DNA of 64,000 nucleotides, taken from positions 32,001 to 96,000 of IMG/VR virus record IMGVR_UViG_3300021255_000042; one strand, given 5' to 3'. A program made the translations under genes and the position numbers. Under the pieces are notes generated by a model, which was given only the letters and a program-made list of their open reading frames with translations, searched no databases and was not told the DNA's origin. This document shows positions 16,845-26,352 of this stretch, piece after piece. The stretch comes from a virus (lineage: Duplodnaviria; Caudoviricetes). Position 1 is the stretch's first letter. Each line of letters opens with the position of its first letter.

Positions 16845-19012
16845 AATACTTCCAATACACTTTTACGATAGAACTGTAAGTTATTCTTTCCCTGGTAGTC
16901 GCTGTATTTTACGGCGGCAGAGCAGACGATCAATTTGTCTTTTGCTGCGAGAAGTTGCGGCCTGAGCTCGTTGTATTCCTCAGACCACACGATACACTCG
17001 CAGCTGTCATTGTTTTGCTGGAGGAGGAGTTTGCAGAACACCTTCTTGTCACCGGTACGTTTGTCTTCGTACTTCTTTTCCTCCACATCCACGACCGTGG
17101 CGCATATCGCCACCTTCTTGTCCTCCATTTCTGACGGAACAATATCTCCCAGGGTAACGTATGTTGCCTTACCCTTAATGAGCGTCTTGGCCTCGGAATT
17201 GTCATAGATGCGCTTGTAGTCGATGGCACCCATGCCAGACACGGCGATTTGCTGCTGCGACCACCAATAATGTTTTCCACGCATTTCTGACGGCACGTCC
17301 TTCTCGGTGATTTCGAATCCGAGACGGGCGGCAGCTTTTTCCAGGATTGCAAAACGCTCCACTACGGATTCTGCACGCTCAATCTTGTCGAAGCAACCGG
17401 CGAAGATGAGATTGCGGATATGCCTTGCATTGACTGGGCATTTGGTAGCTTCCTCTTCATTGTCGGGGTCATCCCAGTATTCGTACTTCTTCAACTTGTA
17501 CTTGAAGATACGGTCGATAAAGTTCTCTATACTTGTAAATTCGCCGTTCTTGTTGCGCTCATTGATAATCCAGTCAACCGCCTTTGTGCCGAGCATCTTA
17601 ATCCTGGAAAGAGACCAGAAGATAGAATTGGTTTCGTAGTCAGTGTAGAAAATCTGGCCGCTTACATTGATGTCAGGAGCAACAACGTGTGCCTGACTGC
17701 AAGCGTCCATTTCGCCCATAAGAGACACGATTTCCTTGTCATCGGCCCACTGGAGAGCAACAGTATAAAAAGCGGTCGGATAGGCCACCTTCAGGTATGC
17801 TCCTGCGTAGGCAGTTGCGGCGTATGCGGTGGCGTGTGACTTGTTGAAGCAGTAGGTACCGGCGGCCTCGATCTGCGCCCAAATCTTATCGCGGTCTTCT
17901 GCCGGGCAACCATTCTTGTCGGCACCGGCCATGAACTTGTCACGCATTGCCTGGATTTTCTCGGTCTTCTTCTTGGAGACGAACTTCACAAGCTTCACAC
18001 CGTCACCAAGGCTGAATCCACCAATCTCACGGGCAAGGCTCACAATCTGCTCCTGGTACACCACAACACCGTAAGTATTTTTCAAGGAATTGTACGTTCC
18101 CCAGAGATAAACCGGCGCGATAAGGCCGTTCTTACAATCCACGAACTCATCGATATTTCCCATCGTGGCCGGGCGATAGATTGCGTTGGCGGCGATAAGG
18201 TGCTCGATGCAGGTAGGCTTCAGGTCGATAAGGAACTTCGTGATACCACGTGAGCCAAACTGGAAGACGTTCTGCGTGAATCCACGGCCAAGAATGTCGT
18301 AAACGCGAGGATCATCCATCGGGCCGGTTACAATCGATTCCAGGCTCACGTCTTCGTGGTAATGCTCTTTTACAAGGTCGAATACTTCGTGGAGCTTTGA
18401 CAACTCCTTCGTGGCAAGGCAGTCGTTCTTAAGAAGGCCCAATTCATCGAGTTCATAGCCATCGTTTTCGCTCACCAGGAGGCCGTCAACTTTCTTGATG
18501 GGAACGAAATCGAAGCATTCAACATCCTCGCCGTCCATATAGTCTGGAGTAACCAGGAGGGCAGATGCGTGAACGGAGCCAGAACGAGGCTGGAACATCA
18601 GCGTGCGGATGGATTCGAATAGCTGCGGATAGTCGTTGATGAACTTGGCAATTTTCTTCTCGGTTGCGGCCAGCTTGAAAATGCCTGTGAAATCGCACTT
18701 GTCATCGTCAAAAATGGCGGTGATATAGTTGACGATATTGACGGGAATCTTCATCGTTCTGGCCACATCCTTGATAACGGCTTTGACCTTCAGCGTGGTA
18801 AGAGTACCGGCTGAGAAAACGCGCTGCTTCCCATCGTGGTTGTAGCGTTCTTCAATATATGCCTTTACGTCCTGACGGCGGTCGCTTTGATAGTCCTGAT
18901 CCACGTCCGGCAAGCTGCCACCGGGCCCTTGGAGATAGCCATCACCGACAAACGTATCTATTGTCTGCACAGGCGCGTTGCTATGAACGCGTTTTACACT
19001 CGTTACTTTCAT
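16841..19012 (-). CDS. dnaE: DNA polymerase III alpha, C-terminal fragment (with N-terminal degenerate IntC)
   Basis: SLPDVDQD catalytic motif, VHASA, YQEQ, FNKSHATAYA and C-terminal OB fold. Confidence 0.92.
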   Translation of the reverse strand: MKVTSVKRVHSNAPVQTIDTFVGDGYLQGPGGSLPDVDQDYQSDRRQDVKAYIEERYNHDGKQRVFSAGTLTTLKVKAVIKDVARTMKIPVNIVNYITAIFDDDKCDFTGIFKLAATEKKIAKFINDYPQLFESIRTLMFQPRSGSVHASALLVTPDYMDGEDVECFDFVPIKKVDGLLVSENDGYELDELGLLKNDCLATKELSKLHEVFDLVKEHYHEDVSLESIVTGPMDDPRVYDILGRGFTQNVFQFGSRGITKFLIDLKPTCIEHLIAANAIYRPATMGNIDEFVDCKNGLIAPVYLWGTYNSLKNTYGVVVYQEQIVSLAREIGGFSLGDGVKLVKFVSKKKTEKIQAMRDKFMAGADKNGCPAEDRDKIWAQIEAAGTYCFNKSHATAYAATAYAGAYLKVAYPTAFYTVALQWADDKEIVSLMGEMDACSQAHVVAPDINVSGQIFYTDYETNSIFWSLSRIKMLGTKAVDWIINERNKNGEFTSIENFIDRIFKYKLKKYEYWDDPDNEEEATKCPVNARHIRNLIFAGCFDKIERAESVVERFAILEKAAARLGFEITEKDVPSEMRGKHYWWSQQQIAVSGMGAIDYKRIYDNSEAKTLIKGKATYVTLGDIVPSEMEDKKVAICATVVDVEEKKYEDKRTGDKKVFCKLLLQQNNDSCECIVWSEEYNELRPQLLAAKDKLIVCSAAVKYSDYQGKNNLQFYRKSVLEVL

Positions 19013-20349
19013 ATTGACATCGTGTGATAAGCGTGACGGTCAAAGATGTTATTGTTAGCCTTGTAAGCCTTCTCAAATGCGGTCAATTCGTAGTCTGGGA
19101 AGATCATCCGCTTCGTGATAAAGCTCTCGGATGCGATTCCTTCCAGCGTCCTACAACGGCTCAGGGCAACGTAAAGCTGTCCGGGACAGAACATACCCTT
19201 TGAGTGGATGACGATGTTGTCAAAAGTCAACCCCTGGCTCTTATGGATGGTAATTGCCCAGGCAAGTGCAAGCGGGAATTGTTCACACGTTCCCTTTACA
19301 ACTCGCTCAATCTTCTTCACTGGCAAGCCATTCTCAACGGTATCTACGGCCTTGTACTCGCATTGCTCCCAGATGTACGGGCCGATTTCCACGAGGTAGC
19401 CGTTGTCAAGCTGGACGAGAATGCTCTTCTCACCAAGCTCTTCCACAACTCCGAGAGAGCCGTTATAGTAATGACCTTCCTTATCGTTGACAAGCGTCAT
19501 TACACGGGCACCGACACGAAGGCTGAGGGTTGTGTCACAAGGCGCGTTGGCCTCTGGGAAGTCGCCCTTTATCTTGCAATCGTAATTGTGTGTCGGTATG
19601 CCAAGCAGTTCCCGGTTGATATTCGCAACGTCCTGACGGTGGGAGCAGATATGAATGTGCTTGCTATCGAAATTGGTACTCAGTTCCTTGTTACGCAGCT
19701 CAGAAAGAATCTGCAAATCGTCAAACGTAAGTTGGTAGTTGCGGATATGGTTCAGGATCGTGATGAAGTTTTCATCGGTCTGCCTGAAGATATGGGTGAG
19801 CTCAATAACACGGAACCCCTTCTCACGGAACACTGATGCGTTGAAGAAATAAGGGCCACGATACATACTTTCGATGAACTCGCGCTCATCGGCCTTGACA
19901 ACCGGCGGGAGCTGATGAAGGTCTCCGAACATAACGAGCTGGATACCTCCAAACGGTTCTGCATTCTGCCGGTACATCCTCAGCTTTTTGTCGATGAAGT
20001 CCATCACATCGGCACGCACCATACTGATTTCGTCTATGATAAGGACATCGATGCAGTTTGCCAGGTACTTCTTGTTGGCAAAGAACTTGGAATCCGATGC
20101 AGCCGTAGGCCCAAGCGGGCCGAACGGGATATTGAGGAAGCTATGAAGCGTGATTCCACCGGCATTTACTGCGGCCACGCCGGTAGGTGCCGTGATGATG
20201 AATCGCTTATTGATGTTTTCAACAAGGTATTTTAGAAAAGTGGTCTTACCCGTACCAGCCTTACCAGTGATATAGATGGATTCGTTGGTATTCTGAACGA
20301 TTTCAAGGGCCGTGGCCATTTCATTCGTTATCGTGATGTTAGGTGTCAT
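19009..20349 (-). CDS. PIF1/RecD-like SF1B helicase
   Basis: GKAGTGKT, IIDEISM, GDLHQLPPV, AITIHKSQG, YVALSR. Confidence 0.92.
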   Translation of the reverse strand: MTPNITITNEMATALEIVQNTNESIYITGKAGTGKTTFLKYLVENINKRFIITAPTGVAAVNAGGITLHSFLNIPFGPLGPTAASDSKFFANKKYLANCIDVLIIDEISMVRADVMDFIDKKLRMYRQNAEPFGGIQLVMFGDLHQLPPVVKADEREFIESMYRGPYFFNASVFREKGFRVIELTHIFRQTDENFITILNHIRNYQLTFDDLQILSELRNKELSTNFDSKHIHICSHRQDVANINRELLGIPTHNYDCKIKGDFPEANAPCDTTLSLRVGARVMTLVNDKEGHYYNGSLGVVEELGEKSILVQLDNGYLVEIGPYIWEQCEYKAVDTVENGLPVKKIERVVKGTCEQFPLALAWAITIHKSQGLTFDNIVIHSKGMFCPGQLYVALSRCRTLEGIASESFITKRMIFPDYELTAFEKAYKANNNIFDRHAYHTMSI

Positions 20350-22067
20350 AGCTCGTCAATTGTAAACAGTTCATCTTTGTTGTCGAAAAGGATGTCATCA
20401 CCTTCCTCTATTTCATCTGCATAAATTGTTATCGGCTCTTCCTCGCCGTCCCTGCGGACATAAAGCTGTGCATCACGGTCGATCTTCAAGGTCTTGCCAT
20501 TTCCCAGGGTGACTTCAACATAGTCGCTGGAATCGATGTCTTCACCGATTATTGTGGTACTGGAAGGATAGAGCCCGGCCCTTTCGGGAAGTAGGAACCG
20601 CTCGAAGATGAGGTCATAACGAAGCGGATCAATGAGGGTGATGCCAAGGAGGTACAACAGCAACGAACCCGCCGCCGAGCCTCGTCCACACCCAACGAGA
20701 ATGTTGTTTCTACGGCTCCAATTACAGGTGTCGTACTGAACGAGAAGATAGTCAACATTGTTGGTAGATTCTATTATGTACTTTTCATACTCCATCTGCT
20801 TGCGGTACTTCTCCTGGCTTTCAGCGTCCTTCGGAACAAGCCGGTCGAAACCTTCTTCAAGAAGCTGGATAAACATATTGTGCGTGGTGCCGTACTTCTC
20901 TGCCTCTTCCGGTGTCATGGTGTATTTCGGCATAAAGTTGCGGTCGTTCTCAAACCTGGCGGTGGCGTGTTCCGCAATGAAAACTGCGTTGGAAGCGCAC
21001 TCTTCGAACAAGGCTTCAATATCCCAGGCTTCTTCATCAAAGAGCTGGGTGAATAATGCGTAATGTTCGTCAACATCCTTAAAGTATTGCTCATCGCTCT
21101 GCTCATGCGCCGCGCCGGAAGCAATCTTGTTTAGGATAATCTTGTTCTTCGAATCGGTCTTGTCAAGATAATAGGCATCGGTGAGAAGAACCGGATCAAC
21201 CGCATAGTCGGCATTGTCGTAAACCTTGTCGAAATACAGCTTGGCCGCTTCCAGGACACGGATGTCAATGCGCTCAGCCTTGTACTCAGTCAGATCAACC
21301 TGGAAGAAGATGTCGTCATAGCTTTCCTTCAGCTCTCTGACGGCCTTAGGATTGGCGATAATCCACTCGGACGAATACTTATCCAGGACGATAAAATTGC
21401 CCTCTCCACGGCGTTTTAATTCATCAAACGTAATGGTCTGGTCTTCGCTGTCAACCATAACGGCCTTTTGAATGCGGAGTAGGTTTCTCAGGCCCTTCTG
21501 GGTACTGACATAGACCTTTGCGCCAACCAAATCCTCTCCGTAGTGGAAAGAAAGCGAATATCCGAATACGAACTTTAGGCCCTCTTCATCACAGCATTTT
21601 TGGAGATTGTAGCAGGCAGCCATCGTGTTCCGGTCGCAGATTCCGATTGCCTTGTGGCCGAGGAACTTCGCCTTCTTCACCCACATCTCAGGCATAAAGC
21701 TTCCGTTTAGGAGTTCGAACGGCGTGTGTACGCCCAGGTTGACAATCTCAACATCGTTCTTGGCCGGTTCAACCCTGGTGCCGACATACTTCAGGATGTT
21801 CAGCGCGAAGCCTTTTCTAAGGTCGAAGTAATACCAGTTGTCACCGAACTTGAACGTGATGTAGTTGATGTCCTCTGCCATAAGAATCGCCGGTTCCTCC
21901 ATACTGTTGAAGATTACCTCGTTGTCCTTATTGAGCCTGAAGATGGAGTTGAGTTCACTCATATCTTCATAGTACACCTTGCCAAGACCTGGAAGCTCGA
22001 CAACCTCATTGTCAACGACAGTGTATTGTATTTTGTTGGCTTCAAGCCATTCAAGTAATTCGTTCAT
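20346..22067 (-). CDS. dnaE: DNA polymerase III alpha, N-terminal fragment (PHP + palm start, with C-terminal degenerate IntN)
   Basis: VHTPFELLNG, GRGSAAGS and FERFLLPER, followed by a Hint-like tail. Confidence 0.92.
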   Translation of the reverse strand: MNELLEWLEANKIQYTVVDNEVVELPGLGKVYYEDMSELNSIFRLNKDNEVIFNSMEEPAILMAEDINYITFKFGDNWYYFDLRKGFALNILKYVGTRVEPAKNDVEIVNLGVHTPFELLNGSFMPEMWVKKAKFLGHKAIGICDRNTMAACYNLQKCCDEEGLKFVFGYSLSFHYGEDLVGAKVYVSTQKGLRNLLRIQKAVMVDSEDQTITFDELKRRGEGNFIVLDKYSSEWIIANPKAVRELKESYDDIFFQVDLTEYKAERIDIRVLEAAKLYFDKVYDNADYAVDPVLLTDAYYLDKTDSKNKIILNKIASGAAHEQSDEQYFKDVDEHYALFTQLFDEEAWDIEALFEECASNAVFIAEHATARFENDRNFMPKYTMTPEEAEKYGTTHNMFIQLLEEGFDRLVPKDAESQEKYRKQMEYEKYIIESTNNVDYLLVQYDTCNWSRRNNILVGCGRGSAAGSLLLYLLGITLIDPLRYDLIFERFLLPERAGLYPSSTTIIGEDIDSSDYVEVTLGNGKTLKIDRDAQLYVRRDGEEEPITIYADEIEEGDDILFDNKDELFTIDEL

Positions 22068-23119
22068 AATCTGTTATCTAAGGTTGTCAATTTGAATTCT
22101 ACTGGAGTTTTGATGTTTAGTGAGAAGGTGTCGAAGATTTCCCAGAAGTCCATTTCATCCCAGTCTTTTCCGTCACTCTCGATCCTTGCAATGTAGCAGT
22201 CGAAGTATTCGTTCAAGTCCATAGCGGCCTTGTTGATTGCCTCAGTTGCATCAGAATCATACCCTATCACAACCGTCCGCACGCCCTTGGATTGGAGCTT
22301 ATAAATCTGGGTGTCTGAAATCTTCTTCCCAAACGTGGCAACGGCTGCAATCCTTGTGTTGTCGTACAGATTGAGTTTCCTGGTGAGGGCAATCACATCG
22401 AACACACCCTCACAAAGAATCACGGTGTCGGTCTCGTCCTCTATCACAGAATCATAGTTGTAGAGCAGCTTGACGAAATCGTTCTCACCCTCCTTGGAGC
22501 CGCTGTTGTTGTACCGGCGAATCTCGAACTTTCCCTTCAGACGGGCCTGGCGATTGTATGCGTCAATCTTCTCCTTTGGCCACGTATGCCTGCTGATGTA
22601 GCCTACAACGTCACCACCGTCAATGATGGGAAACACCACATAATCGTCAAACTTGAAGTTCAGGCCGCGAGTGGTTCCAACTGGGAAGTACTCATAGTCG
22701 TCTGCCGTGAAGCCACGCGACTTAAGGTACGGATTCCGAAAGCAACGCTTCCATCCTTCAGGCATATCGACCACGTTCAGTTCATCGTCAATCTCTTCCT
22801 CGTCTATGGTAGCGAACTGTGGAATTTCAAGCGGCTGGAAGGAAGCTGTCTCTTGAATCTTCAGATCAGACCGGCCAATATCTTCCAGGAGCTGATTGAC
22901 ATCGGTTGTCGTGTGGCCGCAGGAGAAGCAGTGGGCCATAAAGAGTTTCTTCTTGGCCGTCTCTTTCCCGATATAAATGCCGAACTTGCCACCTGCGTGA
23001 CCACAATACGGGCAGTAAGGAACGATGAGGTTCTTGCGCCCGCCGTCCGGTTTGGCGTGAAGTTCGTTGGTGAGTTCCTGAATTAGAAACTCACGTTGTT
23101 CCCTATCGATATACATCAC
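22064..23119 (-). CDS. DNA primase (Zn finger + TOPRIM)
   Basis: CPYC...HCFSC, LCEGVFD and GYDSD. Confidence 0.85.
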   Translation of the reverse strand: MMYIDREQREFLIQELTNELHAKPDGGRKNLIVPYCPYCGHAGGKFGIYIGKETAKKKLFMAHCFSCGHTTTDVNQLLEDIGRSDLKIQETASFQPLEIPQFATIDEEEIDDELNVVDMPEGWKRCFRNPYLKSRGFTADDYEYFPVGTTRGLNFKFDDYVVFPIIDGGDVVGYISRHTWPKEKIDAYNRQARLKGKFEIRRYNNSGSKEGENDFVKLLYNYDSVIEDETDTVILCEGVFDVIALTRKLNLYDNTRIAAVATFGKKISDTQIYKLQSKGVRTVVIGYDSDATEAINKAAMDLNEYFDCYIARIESDGKDWDEMDFWEIFDTFSLNIKTPVEFKLTTLDNRL

Positions 23120-24471
23120 GCAGCCTTGTTAATGTTCATTGTACGAACACGGTCATAGAACTGCTCGTGTTGGTAATCGGTAGCAATGCGGAACGGTTCG
23201 CCCTTCTTGAACCAACGGGCCTTTGCAACGTGGATGCGCATCGTCTCTTCCTTCGCCTCACGGTCGGACTGGTTGAGCGTGATGAGGTGAGTAAGCGGCC
23301 TGGAAAGACCTTTGGCCTCGGAAGTATTGTACTCCGTCAGCACGTTCTTCTCATCATTGATCCACTCACGGTTCTCGATAGTGGCCTGGTAGGTAACAAC
23401 CATCCAGACATCCTCATCGGCGGCCAGGTCTTTTAGGTCGTTGGCAACGGCAATTCTCTTGTGACGTTCGCCGTTCTCGCCCCATTGCCTTCCAGAAGAA
23501 TCCGTAAGCAAGTCCATCGAATCCACTATAACAACGTCAGGATTCACGCCGTAGCGTTTCTTGAACTCCGTGATGCCGTTCTTGATGTCGATGGTCGATA
23601 CGTGGCAGTTGAACTTTGGATAGGATTTCACATAGAGCTTTCCAGATACACTCTTAAGCTCTTCCTCCATCTTTTCCAGTTCTGCGTCACGGATCGTGCC
23701 GGTCTCATACCTGAAGACATCACAGGCCGTAATAGCCGCCGAATAAGCGTTCACGGTCTCAGCCTTACTGCCCTCCAGCGAGAAATGAAGTACGTTCAAT
23801 CCGTCACGGCAGGCGTTGGCTCCGATATGACGGGCAACGTGGCTCTTTCCTACGCCGGTAGCGGCCATGAAGCAGGTAAGCTGGGTACGGAGGTCATGTG
23901 CTCCGTTGCGTTCGTCCAGCTCATCAATATAGAACCTGGTGATGGCACGCTTGCGGCCAACGGAGTTATGTTTCTGCCGGTTCTCCTTGAAGCGTGAACC
24001 AAACGTATCAATGACGTTCACATAGTCGGATTCGCGCAGGCTGAAGTTCTGAGACCAAGTAGCATAATCGTTCAGTTTGGTCTGGGCCTTCTCGTGTTCC
24101 TGCTTGTTGTAAAGCTCGCCTACCTCTTTGTAGGTTTTCTGGAAGCGGACTTGCTTTATGTACTGTTCAAGCTGTTCCAGGATTTCGTTTGTGCCGGTGA
24201 CGTTGGCAGTATCGTATATGTCTTCTGCAAGGGTAACGGCACCGCGATCACTCGCAATCGACTGTTTGAGGATGCTGAATGATGGGCAATGCTTGTACTC
24301 CTTGTAGTAATTTGATAGGGCCGTGTGGATTTTGATGAAGTCCTTGTCCGGCAGATAGTCCTTCTTGATGTTATCCACCACAACAGCCAGGATATACTCA
24401 TTATCCAAGCAGGTGCGGTAAACATCCATCAAGAATTCTTCCGTCAGGACATTATTTGTTTGATTCGCCAT
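23116..24471 (-). CDS. DnaB-like replicative helicase
   Basis: AATGVGKS, HFSLE, IVDSMDL, VTYQ, KAR. Start MANQ. Confidence 0.88.
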   Translation of the reverse strand: MANQTNNVLTEEFLMDVYRTCLDNEYILAVVVDNIKKDYLPDKDFIKIHTALSNYYKEYKHCPSFSILKQSIASDRGAVTLAEDIYDTANVTGTNEILEQLEQYIKQVRFQKTYKEVGELYNKQEHEKAQTKLNDYATWSQNFSLRESDYVNVIDTFGSRFKENRQKHNSVGRKRAITRFYIDELDERNGAHDLRTQLTCFMAATGVGKSHVARHIGANACRDGLNVLHFSLEGSKAETVNAYSAAITACDVFRYETGTIRDAELEKMEEELKSVSGKLYVKSYPKFNCHVSTIDIKNGITEFKKRYGVNPDVVIVDSMDLLTDSSGRQWGENGERHKRIAVANDLKDLAADEDVWMVVTYQATIENREWINDEKNVLTEYNTSEAKGLSRPLTHLITLNQSDREAKEETMRIHVAKARWFKKGEPFRIATDYQHEQFYDRVRTMNINKAA

Positions 24472-25045
24472 ATTCCACTCTGATTCTGAAGAGTTCGGGA
24501 TATTTCTTATCCGTCTCTCGTTTACATTGTTCAATAAAATTACAATCGCCGCAAGATTCTGAAAGTGGGCTCCAGCCAAGCGTAGATGATTGACAAATTG
24601 CAAATCCGACAGGACGGTTCAGTAGCCTTTTCTTCGTCTGTTCCTCGGATTGCAGATAGATGTAGCGTGCAAGGGGGTGTTCGCTCCGGTCAGCTATGAG
24701 TTGAATCAATGCGTCCCTCGTAAGCCCTCCCTCTTCCAGCCATTTATCTTCGTAGTACCGTGCGCCTCGCTTGGATTCTTTCAGCCTCTTGATTGAAGAC
24801 GGGCCGAATGCCTGGTTTACCGTCCAGGATTCACGGTTCTTATAAGCGTGCGCCGTGCAGATGCAAAAGTCAACCAGTCTTTCCTTAGTGACTGCGCCGA
24901 ACTCTTTCTCGAACAATCCTATGAATTTGGTCAAGACCCTGGCTGTCGAACCTCCCTGGGAAAACCGGAAGGAAGAATCAACCAGTTTCTTCTCGATCTC
25001 GCTAAAGACCTTCATTGTCTTCTTGACCCACTTTTCGCTCTCCAT
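24452..25045 (-). CDS. Hypothetical replication-module protein
   Basis: 197 aa with a Cys cluster (C..C..C..C), overlapping its neighbours. Confidence 0.7.
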   Translation of the reverse strand: MESEKWVKKTMKVFSEIEKKLVDSSFRFSQGGSTARVLTKFIGLFEKEFGAVTKERLVDFCICTAHAYKNRESWTVNQAFGPSSIKRLKESKRGARYYEDKWLEEGGLTRDALIQLIADRSEHPLARYIYLQSEEQTKKRLLNRPVGFAICQSSTLGWSPLSESCGDCNFIEQCKRETDKKYPELFRIRVEYGESNK

Positions 25046-25649
25046 CTCGCGTTAAGTACTTTTTCATAAATTGTCGAGCCAGGTACAGGCGGCTCTTGAC
25101 GGTTTCTATGTTGTGGGACTTAAGTGTCCCTCGTTTGAATTCAATATCGGCTATCTCCTTAAGGGAATAACCGGCCTGTTGTAAGAGAAGTGCGTCCCGA
25201 TGAATCGGCTTCATCATATCGAGCACCTGAAGAATGTCATCGTTGTAATAGTCACGGTAATTATCGATCGACATAAACTTGTGAGAAGGTTTCTCAGTGT
25301 CGGGTATATTATCTTGGCAAGTATCGATGTTGTCGCAAAATTGCTCACTCTCTTCCTCCTCGGCCCTCTTCTTCTCCAGCTCGAAAACGCAACGTTTGGT
25401 GCAGATGTGTAGCCAAGTCTTGATCGAACGGGACGGATCGTAAGTTTCGATGCCCCGGTAGAAATTAATCAAGACCTCGTTATAGTTTTCACGGACGTTG
25501 CGCATACTTGTGGAGTACTGCATCACAAGCTTATAAATCATATTCTTGTAAGGCATAACATACTCCTGGAAGAGTTCGTTTCGTCTCTTTATGACTTCTG
25601 GCTCACGCTCTCGCTTTTCTCTTTCTTGATTGCGTACACTGTCCACCAT
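25002..25649 (-). CDS. ECF-like sigma-70 family RNA polymerase sigma factor
   Basis: Region 2 (YDPSRSIKTWL) and region 4 (GYSLKEIA...TVKSRLYLAR). Confidence 0.85.
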   Translation of the reverse strand: MVDSVRNQEREKREREPEVIKRRNELFQEYVMPYKNMIYKLVMQYSTSMRNVRENYNEVLINFYRGIETYDPSRSIKTWLHICTKRCVFELEKKRAEEEESEQFCDNIDTCQDNIPDTEKPSHKFMSIDNYRDYYNDDILQVLDMMKPIHRDALLLQQAGYSLKEIADIEFKRGTLKSHNIETVKSRLYLARQFMKKYLTRDGERKVGQEDNEGL

Positions 25650-25858
25650 TCGGTCGCAACTTCCTTGTTAAACATTAAAGTTGCTTTGTCAGTCAATTTG
25701 CGGGCAGCGCAGTATTTCCTCCAGCGGTTCTGAAGTGATAAGAACTTCAAGCGAACCTCATCATCGGAGGGTTTGGGACGCTTGTCAAGAAAGTCACAGA
25801 ATTCAGTAAGAAGCTCCTGACACTTGTCCTTATCTGATTGGTAAATTCTGTTACTCAT
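25589..25858 (-). CDS. Hypothetical protein
   Basis: 89-aa ORF coupled to the RuvC-like gene. Confidence 0.6.
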   Translation of the reverse strand: MSNRIYQSDKDKCQELLTEFCDFLDKRPKPSDDEVRLKFLSLQNRWRKYCAARKLTDKATLMFNKEVATEWWTVYAIKKEKSESVSQKS

Positions 25859-26352
25859 TAGATATGAAATTTATGGATGTAGTATTGCCAGATATGCAAG
25901 GCATCGGCCTCGTTGTCATCGATGCACTCAACCTTCCAGCGAAGCTTGGCGAACTTTATCATGGTCGCCTTGTCTGCGTTTCCATCGCCGGTCGCCCAGC
26001 TCTTTACTACCTTCACGTTGATGAAGGCCGGTTCTGGAAGGTCAAGTGTGTCGCATACCTCCAGTAGAATGCCCCTGAATTCAGAAAGCTTGCGTTGGTC
26101 GATGAAGTGGTTGTTCACGTTCACATCCTCTGCTACAATCTGTCTAATGTCGTACTTCGTAATGAAGTCAATAAGGGTGTCTCTGAAAGCCTTATGCTGC
26201 TTATTATTATTGCGGCGCATCGATTCCTCAAAGTTCCAGGTGCCACTCTCGTGGGTCGAATAGAACCCGCAATGGGTGGCAATATCAAGTCCTAAAACCT
26301 GATCCCTGGTTGGCTTCTGAGCCGATGCCTGTGTCATATCCTTTGTTGCCAT
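25858..26352 (-). CDS. RuvC-like Holliday junction resolvase
   Basis: LGLD, VAED, ATGDGNADK and DDNEADAL. Confidence 0.85.
   Translation of the reverse strand: MATKDMTQASAQKPTRDQVLGLDIATHCGFYSTHESGTWNFEESMRRNNNKQHKAFRDTLIDFITKYDIRQIVAEDVNVNNHFIDQRKLSEFRGILLEVCDTLDLPEPAFINVKVVKSWATGDGNADKATMIKFAKLRWKVECIDDNEADALHIWQYYIHKFHI

Noticed and set aside
18917-20573. Functional split intein or group I intron with homing endonuclease in dnaE
   Set aside because: Splicing residues are absent, the intervening ORF is a helicase, and ATGA overlaps leave no room for intron RNA structure.
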